NCBI GenBank assembly: GCA_030704615.1
Contig: CM060732.1
Coordinates: 11,036,001 to 11,100,000 of the forward strand
Direction of reading: 5' to 3'
DNA: 64,000 nucleotides
Source of the DNA: Takakia lepidozioides
Lineage: Eukaryota; Plantae; Bryophyta
Of the stretch, positions 32,701-46,400 are shown piece by piece (within the stretch, counting starts at the first letter, position 1; each line of letters begins with the position of its first letter). The notes under the pieces were generated by a model, which searched no databases, was not told where the DNA came from, and worked only from the letters and a program-made list of their open reading frames with translations. Made by a program: the position numbers and the translations under genes.

Positions 32701-33640
32701 AGCAGAACTCAGATGCCATAATTCTCAGCCCGCGAGCTCAAAAGCACGAGGAGTGCTGCTGACGGCGGGAGAGACACCCTAGGGCAAAGCCCGATTTTTT
32801 CATCCGTGCAGGATGAATAATCAACACCATTTATTTCGAAACCCGACGGATGTCATCCGTTAGCTAGGTTTAAACAGTAGGTTATCGGGTAGGGGTTAGG
32901 GTTTCACTCCTTAATTAGCCATAATTAAGGGTAATTAAACAATTCTCCAGGGTCATCATAAGCTGTATTTTTCATCCGGTTTAGATGAAAAAATGTAATA
33001 AGTTCATCTAGTTGGAGAAGGTCCATCAGTAGGATGAAAAAAACAGTACATATCATCCAAGGCAGCGGTTTCTCATCCTAACAGGTAATTCATCATCCCC
33101 TTAAGAAAAGCCTCATCCATTACGGAAAAAAGGCCTAAAGGAGGAATAACATGAATTAATATCCTGGTATTTTTCATCCAGTATGGATGGAAAAAATTAT
33201 AGATAGGATGCCAGTGTCAACCCCTACATAGGTAATTCCTCATTCTCTGGTGACTCATCTGGTATAGATGAAAGTCAGTAAAAGAGGAATGGAAAAATCA
33301 TAGACCCATTTTAGAGGTATTTTAGTGTCCACCCAGGTAATTCATCCGGTATGGATAGAAAAACTTTATAGGGCGGGTGAAAACATTGTTTAGAATCCAT
33401 CCTGTATAGATGGAAAAATATGAAAAGAACACTGATGCAACCGGCCAATTCCGAGGAGGGAGACAGAGGGAGAGAGGGGGCAACAAAGAGAAAAAATAAA
33501 AAATAAAAATAAAATGGGGGGGGGGGGAGTGACCGAGCAGCTGTAGCTGCTGAGCAGCTGCTCAGTCACTCCCCCCCCCCCCCCCCATTTTATTTTTATT
33601 TTTTGGGTTTCCTGATCTCTCCCTCTCTCTCTCCCTCTCT
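29750..33640 (+). mobile_element. Unclassified non-autonomous element X, full-length diverged copy (contains hAT insertion)
   Basis: Starts in a GA-rich tract followed by gggaagatatt, ends in the palindrome at 33456-33639; collinear with the neighbouring copies. Confidence 0.65.
30235..31396. mobile_element. Non-autonomous hAT DNA transposon
   Basis: Imperfect TIRs cagtgttgggagggta / tatcctcctagcactg; perfect 8-bp TSD GTATACAC (30227-30234, 31397-31404); dense subterminal agggta/taccct repeats; no transposase. Confidence 0.9.
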
Positions 33641-33649
33641 TTTAAGCTC

Positions 33650-34410
33650 CCAACGAGATGAGTTTAAGGTCAGATGGTGGGGTCAGCTGTAGCATATGTC
33701 CAACACCAGATATCCTAAGTTAATCGACTCTATATCTTGGAAACAGGACCGCCCACCGACCTGTCAAACAGGCTAAGTCTTGGCAGAAGACAGTAGAAGA
33801 GATTCTCAAGGACCTGGACCTAGAACCGCAAGTCTTCACCCTGCTGGATAAATCTGACTTAGAGACTATAGTGTCCAACCATGTCTGTTGCCATGAGATT
33901 GTCTGATGAAAATGAAGTTAGGCAAAAAACTTCCCTGAACTTGTTTCCAGTCTATGACATGGGGGAGGACATCTTGGATGACCTCAAGGGTCTACCCACT
34001 CTCAGCACTAGACTGAAATTTAAACTCGGGGCAGGAAGCCTTCCTTTGATAAGCAAATAGAAGCAGAGAGGAAAGGGAGAATGCAATTGCCCGTTGTGTC
34101 GGCAACCTGAAGACATTATTCATTTTCTGATACACTGTCCAGGGTTCTCTCACCAAAGAGACGCTCTCTTCAAATCTATCAAGGGAATTGTGCATGTACT
34201 ACTAACTTTGAAAGTGCCGAGGCTGAGCCAAAAGCCCAGCCCCTTCTGAGGCCTAGTTTTTGGGCAACTCACACACAACAGATTGATGCTTGTGTGAAGG
34301 GATTTGTAGAGGATATCTGGAAAACCCGGATTAATTCTATATGTGAAGGTAAGTCTTACTACCAACGTCAGCCCCTGACAGAGGTAGCATCTGTCCCTTT
34401 TGTTTCCCCA
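33650..34410 (+). mobile_element. LINE ORF2 C-terminal fragment and 3' region (degenerate)
   Basis: 34088-34141 translates CPLCRQPEDIIHFLIHCP (CX2CX7HX4C knuckle typical of LINE ORF2 C-termini); 34298-34405 matches the short TSD-flanked copies. Left boundary approximate. Confidence 0.7.
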
Positions 34411-36930
34411 AGAGAGGGGGCAACAAAGGAAAAAAAAAAATGTGGGGGGGGGGATGACTGAGCGGCAGCAGCTACTCAGTCACTTCCCCCCACCTTCTTT
34501 TCTTTTCTTTGTTGCCCCCTGATGTCTCCCTCTCTCTCCCTCTGGAAATTGGGTTTATGGAATTGTTGTCCTGACTTCCATCTTTGAAAAATTTGAAAAA
34601 TTTGAAAAATTGGGTTGCAGGGAATTTTGGATGTTTTTAATCCAAAATACATTTTTTTTCCCTAGTAAAACATTTCTTCACTAATACCTGTGAGGTTTTT
34701 TGCTTCATCCGAACAATCAACCCGGAATATACTGATTGCAAAACTCCCGTCAGATTTTATTTTTTCAATCCAACCTGGATGAAAAAATGACTTCATCTGA
34801 CAGGACCTAAATACGGGGCAAGACAGGTATAAAAAAGTTTTTAAAAAAAAAACCCCCCCGATGTTTTTCATCTAACCTAGATGAAAAGCGGACTGCATCC
34901 GTCGAGTTCAAGACAAGATGAACGTACGATGTCTTTCATCTTCCGCGAATGAGAAATGGACAACGTCCGTCGGGCATACAGGCTGGCGGATGTTTTTCAT
35001 CCTGAGAAGGATGAATGACAGGCCCGACAGGGGAAAACCCTGCGCAACCCTAATGTCTTTCTTTTTGCGTTGCGAGAGCGCGCGCGATGGCGGCTTGGGA
35101 GGAGCGATGGTGCTCGTGCTGCAGATACCATGAGCGGCCAATCCTTGAGTGTTTATGGCTCCTGTGAACGCCGCCTATGCGGGCTCTTTAAGGCGATGGC
35201 GGTGGCTTAGAGATGAGGGAAGATTCACTGTCTCATTTGTCTGTTTTTTTCTGCACAAGGGAACCATGGCAATGATGGCGGAGGTACCACCTACTTGCTT
35301 ATGAAGTTTCCTAGGAGCCCTCCTCTGGATCTTTGATGAATGGCGGCGTCTTGGTAAAACAAGGAAGTCTTTCTCTCCCTCCCTTTATAAACCCTACCTT
35401 TTGAGACCAAGCTCTTTTTTTCTTCTGCTTGGCAAGACTTCGCTTTGGTTAAGGTAGCAGTGTTGTGGAGCTGGCGGAGACCTCCCAGCACGGTTAGGCT
35501 TGTGGAGAGATGGCGACTCTCCCCCAAACAGTAAAAAAAAAGGTCATTTTCTGTTTATCTTGCTTCCCTGCTTTCTTTGGCATTCTCTGCGCTTAGATTG
35601 AAGTGTATTTGACCTCGATAGCAAGTGTGGAAGCCTGCTACTCACCTCGTGCATCCTCACTAACTCACAATGCGTTGTGGTTGTTTTTGGGACGGGCACA
35701 GGTGAGGGCTTCCACTTAATATTCTGATGTCTAGGTGTTGCTGGATGCCAAGTGGGATTGCAGAGTAGGGGAATGAATCGCTTGCCAGGGACTCATCTTA
35801 AAATGTTGAAAAACTAAACTACTCTATGGTTTTTCTTGATCCTACCTCTTTCCTTCCTTTATTTTTGAAGAACAAATGTAATGCTTTCTACGATGGGCTA
35901 TTTCGGCCCAGCCAGTGGAAAACCTCTACTTTGTTGTGACAGCCGGATTTATGATGGCTTGTGTGAGAGACACACATTTGTTTTCCAGGCCCTAGTTTGC
36001 TTTGCTTACCTTATGGTAATTGGAAACAAATTGAGAGGCTGCAAAGAACTGTTTGCTGCAACTACTCGGGTACCCATGTTAGAATGGTAGAATGCCCCTG
36101 TTATGTTCCAACCCGGATGGCTTTGTTAGCTAGATGCTTAGGCCAGGGTATGGTGACGTTTCTGCCTGTGGCTATTCGGCTGACACTGAAATATGGCAGC
36201 AATATAACTAGTAACTGGTTTTTGAGGCAGCCAGGGTGGTCAAGTGGAAATACCCCTGGACATGGTGTAATGACATGGTCAAATGTGGAATGATGTGAAT
36301 AGGGTGTATTGACAGTATCATATACTGTCACAGGATGTGTATGCCGTCATTTATCTTTACCTTGCTGTATCATGAATTTTGATTTTCAGTTGTTGCAAGA
36401 AATAAAGGTATAAGGGTATTCTGGAAAACTTACTAGACATATCCACCTCCCCTGTGGGGGCAAGTTGTGTTGCAGACCAGTCTAAACAAATACTGGCAGG
36501 GCAAGGTATTTAAATCTGTGATATCCAAGTGTTCTTTTAAAAAAAAAAAACCTCCATGACACCCATGGGGTTTGAGTAAGTATGCTTGGATTACAGCTTG
36601 CAGAAAGTAAATCTGTATGACCATTTGACCTGCACCACATCAAGGCCAAAATATGGCCAAGTACCCGCCATCCCACCCAGACCTCTGAATGTATATCATG
36701 ATCATGACTGGTGGTCAATCAGCATCAGTGGCATACCCTTTGGGTTATGAATAATACTGACATGAACACATTACTGTGCATGGATGTAATTCTGGATTTT
36801 TTAAGCTTGATGATTGATGGATGGTGCCACTGTTAAGTGGCTGATATGTCTGATTATTCTTTCATGACAACGACCCTAGGGGTCCTGTCTTTGTCTTGAC
36901 ATGACAAAAAATATCTTCCCTCTCTCACTA
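34411..36930 (-). mobile_element. Element X, inverted and more diverged copy
   Basis: Palindrome at 34411-34542; GGATG/CATCC-rich block. 35640-35720, 36660-36682 and 36860-36930 are reverse-complement matches to ~28370-28440, ~29957-29977 and ~29795-29860. Confidence 0.65.
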
Positions 36931-37063
36931 TCCAGTATGCTTAGTGGTTTCTGCATACACTATCCTTTGGTTACCAGGCTAAATTTCCAATTTATGTGCA
37001 GAGTTCCACCAAACACACTCCGGAATGGATTGCTGAGCTGCAGGCCATGGATATCAGCCACCG

Positions 37064-37830
37064 GTGCCCCCTCCAATCCCTGCTATTCAGGCTGTTTTGG
37101 CACAAACAAAGCCAACGGATTTCCATTCTAAAGTGCAAGCATTGGACTCAGCAGCTATTGATTCAGGTGATGACAATCCAATCCTGTTGCTTGAGACTTT
37201 GGCCCTAGAGAACTGGGTTAAGCTGTCCCTATCTGCAAATAAAAATGGCAAGTACATGATCAGGCTGATTGATTATCATGAACGTATGCCTACTATCCTT
37301 GAAGAGGATACCAAAGAACTCACGGAGTGTGGTCTTAAAGGAGAAAAGATTGAGGCTGCACTACGTCTGGCTAACCCTGAAGACGAACAGGCCCCTTCTA
37401 CCCAGAAATTGTCCTCCAATGTTGAGCAGGATTTTATCCTCTCCGTCAGCAATCACCCGCTTTTAAGTCACATGTGTCTCCCCGAACATGAAATTGATGC
37501 GGTGAAGGATTTTTGTGAGCATGTGGAAATGTCACAGGTGAAACAAGACAGGGCAGCAGGCGCTACCCCGGGAAATCAGCAATTTGTCCCTTGGATGCCT
37601 CCTCGCTCTGTTGAGCTTGACATGGCCAACAACGAGCACATGATGTGGCACCCGCAAGCCAACATCAACCTCTTAGCACCCATCTCCATCGAGATGTGGA
37701 TGAAGTGGGGTAACATCACTGATGCTGAACACCTACGTTGTTATCATGATGCTATAGATGGTTTCCAGAGATTCAAAAAGGAGCCCATCGCAGTTGCATG
37801 GCCCTTAAAAACATTTTATTATAAGCTATG
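37064..37830 (+). pseudogene. Uncharacterised ORF (~255 codons) truncated by LTR insertion
   Basis: Long stop-free, protein-like ORF with no recognised domain; runs into the LTR edge at 37831. Confidence 0.4.
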
Positions 37831-39424
37831 TGTCGCGCACCTCACTTCGGTAAGCTCCCCTTCAAGTCATAGTTACTCGCTTTGATGCGCGCGCCTAACT
37901 CCCAACCTAGCCGCCGGGCCAACTTGGAGCTTCGGCTGCTCACCGGGACATAACGGTCCCCCTTTTCTCCACCAACAGACCCTCCACCAATTTGGGCCTA
38001 GTGGAAATTCCCTTTGGTAGATGGCAGTTCGGAATAGCTCCTCACTCCTTGGTCGCTTTCCGGCTCGCACGCTTACTCAGTAGTTTTTGGTCACCAACGG
38101 GCTTGCACCGTTCTCGGGGTTACTACTCCCTATATATACTTCTGTGGCTGTCCGCAGGGGTTTCACAAACAACCATGTCATTTTATGGTGAACCACCACG
38201 AAGACCCTCGATTCCCGGTGATGAGTCGCGGTGAATCTTAGCCCACCCACCACGGCCCCATTGGACCGTGGTGAGTCCCAAGACTCCCCACGACTCCCAC
38301 CACAAGGTCTCCGCCCCATGGTGAGTCCTATGCCACCCCCACTAAGTCCCACTAAGCTACCACCACCCCTTGTGGAGCCACCGCAACCCGGTGTGCGGGG
38401 CTCCACCTAGTGAGCGCCTCCGCCTCCTTGAGTGCCTTGGGCACTCAAGGGTGCTTCAGCCCCCCATACCTATTGCTGCCACCGTCCCCACCACAGGGGC
38501 AGCCCCTCTGCGTCCCGACCCCTTGCCCTCAAGGCAAAGGGCTGCGACACACACCCCTACCAATAGGGAGTCGATGTCCTCATCGACTTGTCCATTTTGT
38601 AGAAACGAACATCCAAGTTGTGGCGTCCCACATCAAGGAATTTGTTTCCGCACCATGGCGTCCCATGGCAAAGAACCAAACCCCACACTTGACTCTACTT
38701 TCCACTAGCTAATTCGGCCGACTTCCTCCAAGTCTCGGCCAAGGGTGGAGCCTCTCAAGCTCCACCCAGTGCACTCTTCTTGGCCTACTTCAAAGCCAAG
38801 GAATGATCCTCCCCGAGGATCGAATCGCCTTACTGCAACAACATTGCTTGCGACCGCTCATGATGCCACTTTTGGCATCACCTTGAGCAAGGGTTCACCT
38901 TCAACCCTTTTTGACTAGGAAGATAACCTTGAACCAACCGTGTGCCCCAACCACTACAATTGGGTCCGCCTTGGAATGCTGGCCTGAGGTACGGGAACAC
39001 GCCGAAGCCGCACTACCACTTCGTCCCGAGGCTACACGATTATAGTACGTGAACGGAAGCACGTAGCTTCCGCGTTAGCCCGCACTACAAGGCAACCCCC
39101 TCGGTAGCGCAGTTATAGTACGCGCACGCGCCAGGTGCGCACTAGCACGTGAACTCCCAAAGAAGGCGCAAGTTTCCTTGCCCCTTGGATGGGAGTCACT
39201 CGATTTTGGCACTGCCCAAACACACGATTAATCCAATTTACCTCTCCCACTTTTGTAAGCTAGCATGCATTCTACACACTAGCTAACCAACCATACCATG
39301 CATCACCATTCCAAACAAAATAAGAGGCGCAATATTTGGAAACCATTTTATTTATAACAAAATTTGTACAACACAAGTTTTTGCAATCGGATTCATGAGC
39401 TAGCTAAACCGGGCTAAGCATGCA
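37831..39424 (-). repeat. Putative 3' LTR (~1.6 kb) of the outer chromovirus
   Basis: Begins right after the PPT with TGCATGC and ends GCGCGACA; TATA-like tatatatag at ~38130-38138. No second copy in the window to confirm the edges. Confidence 0.6.
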
Positions 39425-42400
39425 TTTCCTCCCCCACGATCCAAGGTTGATGTCCCCATCAATGCTTCTTCCGCTTTTGAGGTCGAAAGCTGCAACCGCC
39501 TCGGATGCGTTTCCCATTTCTGAGGCACGCACCCAAGATGCCTCCACATGATGATAGCCCTTCCATTTCACGAGATACTCCGTTTCTCGATTCTTGAACC
39601 TCCTCGACTTAAGCACTGCCTCCACCTCGTACTCAGGTTCATTTTCATTATCCAACAGCATAGGTGGCAGACGCAACACTTGATGCCGATTCGGACGCGC
39701 TTCATCTTTGAAGTACGGCTTCAAAAGGGAGACATGGAATACCAGATGCACCTTGCTGTTTGCCGGTAGCTCCAATTCATACACATCCTCATTCATAACC
39801 TTCCGGATGCGAAAGAGTCCCGCATACGGAGGTACGAACTTTGGGCTCACTTCCGGAGGTAGTCGGAAATTCTTGATGTTCAACCAGACCTCCGTGCCTG
39901 CCTCAAACTTAACTTCCATCCACTTCCGATTTGTCTGCTGTTCATATCGTTTCCTAGCTTTGGCAATGTTGTACTTTGCGAGCTTTAACAAACGCTTGCG
40001 TTCTTCCAGCATCGCTGCTGCTGCTGGTTCCTCAACGTCTTGGGCGGCCCAACTTGTCGGCATCAAAGGTGCTTTTCCATAGACCAATACGAAAGGGGAA
40101 ACTCCCGTTGCGGAGTGTTTTGTGTTATTATAACAGAACTTTGCCCCATCCAAGTGCTCCACCCAGTCCGATTGGTCTGCCGACACGTAATTCCACAAGA
40201 TCTGCTTCACCACGGAATTCACCCTTTCCGTTTGGTCGTCCGTCGTAGGTTGGAAGGCGGTGCTCATCTTGAGCCTCGTCCCCATCTTCTTCCAAAGTGC
40301 TCTCCAAAATTTACTCGTAAACTTTGGATTGCGGTCCGAGACAATATCCTTCGGGAGTCCATGATGCTTAAAGACGTGGGCGAAGTAAAGTCACCTCGTC
40401 TCCTGCGCCGTTGCCGTCTCCTTGGTGAGGATGAAATGACCATTTTACTGAACATGTCTATCACCACCATGATCGCATCGAATCCTTTTGACAGCGGCAT
40501 AGTAGTCATGAAATCCATCGAGACACTTTCCCAAGACCCCTCTGGAATCGGCAAGGGTTGTAACAGTCCCGCTTGCTTTTTGTACTCGCTCCGGTTTTGT
40601 TTGCATGTGGTGCATGTCTTGACATACTCCTCGGCCTCCTCCCTCAGTTTGGGCCAAAAATACTCTTTCTTCAAGAGTGCCGCGGTGCGCTTGGCTCCGC
40701 CGTGGCCTGCAAGCGGGCCATCATGGCATTCCCTCAAGAGACTATCTCTGATCCCTCCCTTCGGCACGTAGAGGCGCTTTTGCTTATACTGGAGCAGTCC
40801 ATTTTGCAAGTGGAATTGCGATTTAACCCCCATCCTCAAGTCCCGCATCACGGACTTTGCCATCTCATCCTTCCGGTAAGCCTTCCGGATCTTCCTTTGG
40901 AGCATCGTCTCGCCCCTGTACACCAACATGAGCTGTTGTTTTCTACTTAAAGCATCGGCCACCACATTGTCTCGTCCCGGTTTGTACTGGATATCCACGT
41001 CGAACACCGCCAAAGTATCTTGCCACCTAAGTTGTTTTGGGGACAACTTAGGGTGCGTGGCAAAATACTTCATCGTGACATTGTCTGTGAACACCTTCAC
41101 CGGGTTGGAACCAACATAGTGGCGCCAAAGCTCAAGGCAATGCACCACCGCCTTCATTTCCTTCTCATGCATAGGCCACCGTCGCTCTACTTCATTCAGT
41201 TTCTTATTTTCGTAAGCCACTGGACGTCCATCCTGCATGAGTACACCCCCTATAGCGAAGTCCGATGCATCCGTATGAATCTCAAATGGACGGTCGAACT
41301 CCGGGATTTTGAGGACTGGAGCTTCTGCCATCCGCTACTTCAACTCGGCAAAAGCTTGACCACAAAAGATGTTCCATACCCAGACTTTGGATTTACACAG
41401 AAGGTCTGACGGCGGCCCCACGATCTTGGCAAAATTTCTCACATACTTCCGGTAATAGGAGGCGAGTCCTAGGAAGGATCGCACTCCCGGGACCGAAGTC
41501 GGAGGCTCCCAGTCCAAGATCGCCCTCACCTTTTTGTCATCCATTTTGATCCCATCCTGTGTAATCATATGCCCCAGGAACTCCACTTTTGTGGCCCCGA
41601 ATTCGCACTTTGAAGCTTTGGCATACAGCTTCCCTTCCCGCAATTTCTGGAACACCCTTTTGAGGTGCTTCAGGTGTTCTTCATTTGTTTTCGAGTACAC
41701 CAAGATGTCGTCGATGTACACGATCACAAAGTCATCCAGCCACTCCTGGAAAATGTGTTCATTAACGTGCTAAAGGTCGCGGGTGCGTTGATGAGTCCAA
41801 AAGGCATCACCAAGAACTCATATGAACCATATCTTGTCCTGCACGCGGTTTTCTCCTCATCTCCTTCCACCACTCGGATTTGATGGTAGCCGGAGCGCAA
41901 ATCGATCCGGCTGAAATACTTTGCTCCTGCCAACCGATCGAAGAGGTCGTCAATTCTTGGCAAAGGGTACCGGTTCTTGATAGTCACCTTATTCAGAGCC
42001 CTGTAGTCGACACACATCTGCAGCGTCCCATCCTTCTTGTCTGCGAATAGCACCAGGGCTTCGTAAGGTGACTTACTCGGCCGGATGTACCCCTTTGACA
42101 TTAGATCCTTGAGTTGAGTCTTCAGCTCGACCAACTCTCTGTGGCTCAACCGGTAGGGCGCCTTGGCAGGCGGCTCCGATCCCGGTATCACCTCAATCTT
42201 GTGGTCAACTCCCCTTCGAGGTGGCAAGCCGCTTGGTAAATCCTCCGGCATCACATCCTGGTATTTCTCCAAAATCCCCTTGATCCAATCTGGGCTCGAC
42301 TCCCCATCGCCTTCTCCCTTCACTTGTCTTACATAAAGCAAAAACTGGGGTTTGTGTGACTCCTCCACGACCCACTCCTTTGCTGACAACAGGTTTATTC

Positions 42401-43004
42401 GCCCTCCCACTGGGTTGGGCATTTCCGACACTCTTAAAACTTCGCCACCATTCCCACACGGTAGCGTGACTACTCTCTTACGGCCATCTATAACCGCTCC
42501 GGATTTGCTCAAAAAGGTCATCCCCAAAATGAGATCCACTCCATCGATCTCACAAATGGTGAAGTTCTCACGTCCCTCCCAATTCCCGAGCTGAAGAGGA
42601 CATCGAACGCCAACCTCGTCGCCAATTGTGGTTCTATTTTAGCAGAACGTACCTCAATAGAGGCCCCCACATCACTTGTCGGGAGTCCCAGCTTCCGTGC
42701 CGTTGCCGGTGTCATGAAAGAGTGCGACACTTCTGTGTCCACCAACAACGACACGTTAGTTCCGGAAATTATCCCACTCACAAACAATAACTGACTCCCT
42801 TTACGCAGGGCGTTAGTTTCTTGATACAACTCACAAAAGTAGTTGTCTACCTTGCAAGTCTTGGCGACCATTGCTTCCACCAAGTGGCTGATGGAATCTT
42901 CCGACAGCTCTGTGGTCGCCCGAGTCATGTTCAATTGTCGGGGATTTGCGCACTTCTTAGTCATGTGCTCGGGCTCCCCGCAATTAAAGTACACTCCATC
43001 GAAG

Positions 43005-43441
43005 TGTAACACCCGGGATCTATACAAAGTAGAATAAAAGTACTTCTCAACTTTTTCCCAAAACAACTCGATGTTTCCTAGGCTTTCATTGCAGGTTTAT
43101 ATACCCTTCACAATATGATTATTTTAAAGGTTTGACTTGAGAGCCTCAAGTCAAAGCTTCATAAAGTCAACCTTCCTAGGTTTGACATATTCTTCACAAT
43201 ACGACTTTGTCAAAGATACTTGCTAAAGTCAACCTTCATAGGTTTGACATATTCTCTACAATATGACTTTATCAAAGATTTGACCTACTCTCCATAATAT
43301 GAATATCTTAGAGGTTTGACTTGAGAGCCTCAAGTCAAACTTCCTTAAGTCAAACTTCTTAGGATCCTTCCTAGTTATTCTGGAAACTTCTAGGGAACTT
43401 TCCTCCTCCATGTAGAACCTTCTAGATTCTACCTTGTTACA
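43005..43441 (-). repeat. 3' LTR of the inner chromovirus
   Basis: Near-identical to 48512-48945; adjacent to the PPT. Confidence 0.95.
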
Positions 43442-46400
43442 ATCCTCCCCTCTTTCAAGAAGCAACGTCCTCGTTGTTCGAATTTTCAAAAGCTTGAATT
43501 GTCAATTGAGCATTTGCGAGATTTTGCACCGGTTCCCAGGTAGCTTCATATTATGAAAATCCTTTCCATAAAACCAAATACTCCAACACCTCATGTCGCC
43601 CTCGTTTGTATGTGCGTTTTTTCAGAACATGGTCGACCTCCCACTCTTCATTTCTGTCATTCAACTCTGGTAAAGGTTGGTGTGGTTTTTAATTATCTTT
43701 GAATATTGATGGTCGAGGTTCGTAACGACCGTAGTAGAGAAACGTGATGACACACGGGTGGATCTTCATATGTGGTGGTAACTCCAGTTTGTATGCTACT
43801 GCTCCAATGCGTTTAATGATCGAAAAATGACCAATGAACCGTGCCCCTAGTTTTCGCGATCCAATGATGTGTAAATTGGTTGTAGACAACCACACTTGAT
43901 CCAACTGCAAACTCCTCAATCCCGTCGACGTGCATTTGCCATATTGCTTTGGCGATTTGGGCAACCATCAGCTTCTCTTTAGCTTGACGTACTCCCCGTC
44001 GAATTTGTTGCCCAAAGCGTTAGTCGCGGCTACCTTGGATAACTCCTCTTTTGGTAAATTGAACTCGTTAAGAGTTGTTGGCCCATTTTGGGTGTTTACC
44101 ATATATCAAAAAGAAAGGAGTTTCTTTCGTTGACGCGTTGGACCGAGTTATTGTTATGAAAATTCTACCAATAGTAATAACCAATCTCATCTTCTTGTTC
44201 TTCTAACGTTAAAGGCCCGCAACATGTCTTCAATTGTATGATTTGTTAGCTCTGTCTGTCCATCTGACTCCGGATGATAGGCTGTTGACATAGCCCATGA
44301 TGAGAATAAACCGTTCCAGATATAGTCGAGTAGTTCAGGGCAGTGGACGGATTTTCTAGTGGGACGGATGTGTATCATCTACTCAATTGTCTACAAAGAC
44401 CACTATGTGTCGTATCCCGATGAGGTTTGAGGTAAAATCACAAAACTAAATCCATGGCTCATATGTTCCCAACATCTGTTGGTATTGGTAGTGTTGTAAA
44501 AGAAAGGCTTGGCTTGCGGTTTGTTAACTTGTTTTGTTGACATTTCATGCAACTTCGAACGTACGCCTCACTTCGTTCGCATCCGTGGCCAAGAAAATGT
44601 TCGTTAGTTGTTCGAATGTTTTTTCAACCTCCAACATGTCCTGCTGTGCGCGTATCATGAGCTTCAACAAGACTTCTGTCTTCAATGCAGGTTCATCAGG
44701 GATCCAAAGTTAATTCCTTGAATACCAAAACCCTCGAATTCTGTCACTGTGCCTTTCTTTTTAGCATCACGATCTCCCATCATCTTTAGAAGCCGTTACT
44801 ATTTGTTCTACCAATCGGGGTGGAATGTTGATTTTCTGTCAATGTGTTCATGAGCGACAATCCTTGTCATTGCATTGCCAATTGTCGTTTTCCCTCCACA
44901 TAGACGATCTTCATATTAAATTGTTGTCGCCACTCCGCCAACGAATCTGTCTCTTCGATAGATCTTTTTGTGTCTCCAAGTATACCAACGGTTTATGGTC
45001 TGTCTCCACTATGAACTCTTTGTCTCAAGATAGTGCTTCCAATGTTTTGTACCAAAACAATGGCCCAATTCTTCCGTTCGGTTGATGATAATTTGTTCCG
45101 CAGGGTGGTAACAATTTGAGAGAAAAAAATATGCCAATGGGTGCCATCCGTCTTCCCATTCTTGTTGTAATCCCCACCCACTCTGAAGCCTGACAGCATC
45201 TACTGAGAGCGTGATTAGTCTTGTCGGATCTTACCATTTTAAGATCGGGGCATGAAGCAACGCATCCTTCAAGGCCTGAAATGTTAACTCTCTTCTGTAC
45301 CCCACTTCCCTTTACTTCCTTTGCCCCAAAGATTTGTCAATGGTTGGGCAATCTTTGAGAATGCCCGTACAAATCGTCTGTAGAATCCGGTAAGGCCAAG
45401 AAAACTCTTTAATTGGGTAATTGTCTTCAGGGCCTATTCACTACTGAATAACTTCTATTTTCTCACTCATTATCTCAATTCCCTTCATACTCACGCGATG
45501 CCCAAGATAATCTACTTCTGTTTTCCAAACTCACATTTAGATGCTTGGCATATAGCTGATTCTCCCGGAGAACTTGTAATACTTGTTTGAGGTGGTTCTA
45601 TGCTCGACAAGGCTGTGTTACTATAGATCAGAATATCATCTAAAAAGACTATCACCAAATCTATTAAGAATGGGCAAAAGATATCATCATGAAGCCCATG
45701 AATGGCTGGGGGCATTGGTGAGACCAAATGGCATTAACCATGTATTCAAAAGGTCCATACTAGGGAGGAAAGCGGTCTTATATCATCTTAATCAGCGACT
45801 CGAATTTGGTGTATCCACTCAAGCTTCGTAAAGTTAGTATTTTGCTCCTCGCAGTTGGTCAAATAGATGTCCATGCGTGGTAACGGTACTTGTTCTTCAC
45901 TGTATGCTGGTTGAGTGCTCGATAATCAATGCACATGCGCATTGCTCCATCTTTTTTTTCAACAAAAACACCGGCGCTTCATACGGGATACACTTGGTCT
46001 TATAAAGCCTTTTTGATAGTAGGTCTCGATTTGAGCTTACATTCTTCCAACTCGTTTGGTGCTAATCGATAAGGGACTTTACAAAAAAGTGTACTACTTG
46101 GAACAACCTCAATCTTATGATCTACTCTTCTCTTTGGCGGAAGCCGTGCTGGTAGGTCATCTGAAAAGACATACTTTTTCAATACACTCTATAATTCTAT
46201 AGGGACCTCACTCATGTCTTTTTCGGATTTCCACGTCTCTTATTAAACCTACAAATTAATAAGTCTTCTTACATATAGCTGTAGTTCCTATAAACAAATG
46301 ATGGTAGGTTTCGATATGGGTGTCTTCACTCGATCTCCCCATATTTTCCAATTCTGGGTTTGACTATCTTTCTACGCCAATCAACATCAGGGTTGTGAGA

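Noticed and set aside
26833-32719. Short ORFs repeated among element X copies (e.g. MQRTPHYDPV...) as conserved peptides
   Set aside because: Similarity is explained by DNA-level duplication; frames are not preserved in the more diverged copies.
26101-32905. tagggttagggttt / ctaaaccctaaaccc as interstitial telomere
   Set aside because: Only 2-3 degenerate units at fixed positions within repeats; telo-box-like motifs.
26200-33420. Recurring catccggtatggatg palindromes as a CRISPR-like array
   Set aside because: Irregular spacing, spacers conserved between element copies, eukaryotic context and no cas genes; these are subterminal repeats.
39548-42594. Plus-strand ORFs (e.g. 40040-40771), and similar antisense ORFs over PKS and WAP
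   Set aside because: Shadow ORFs of real coding sequence on the opposite strand; no domain features.
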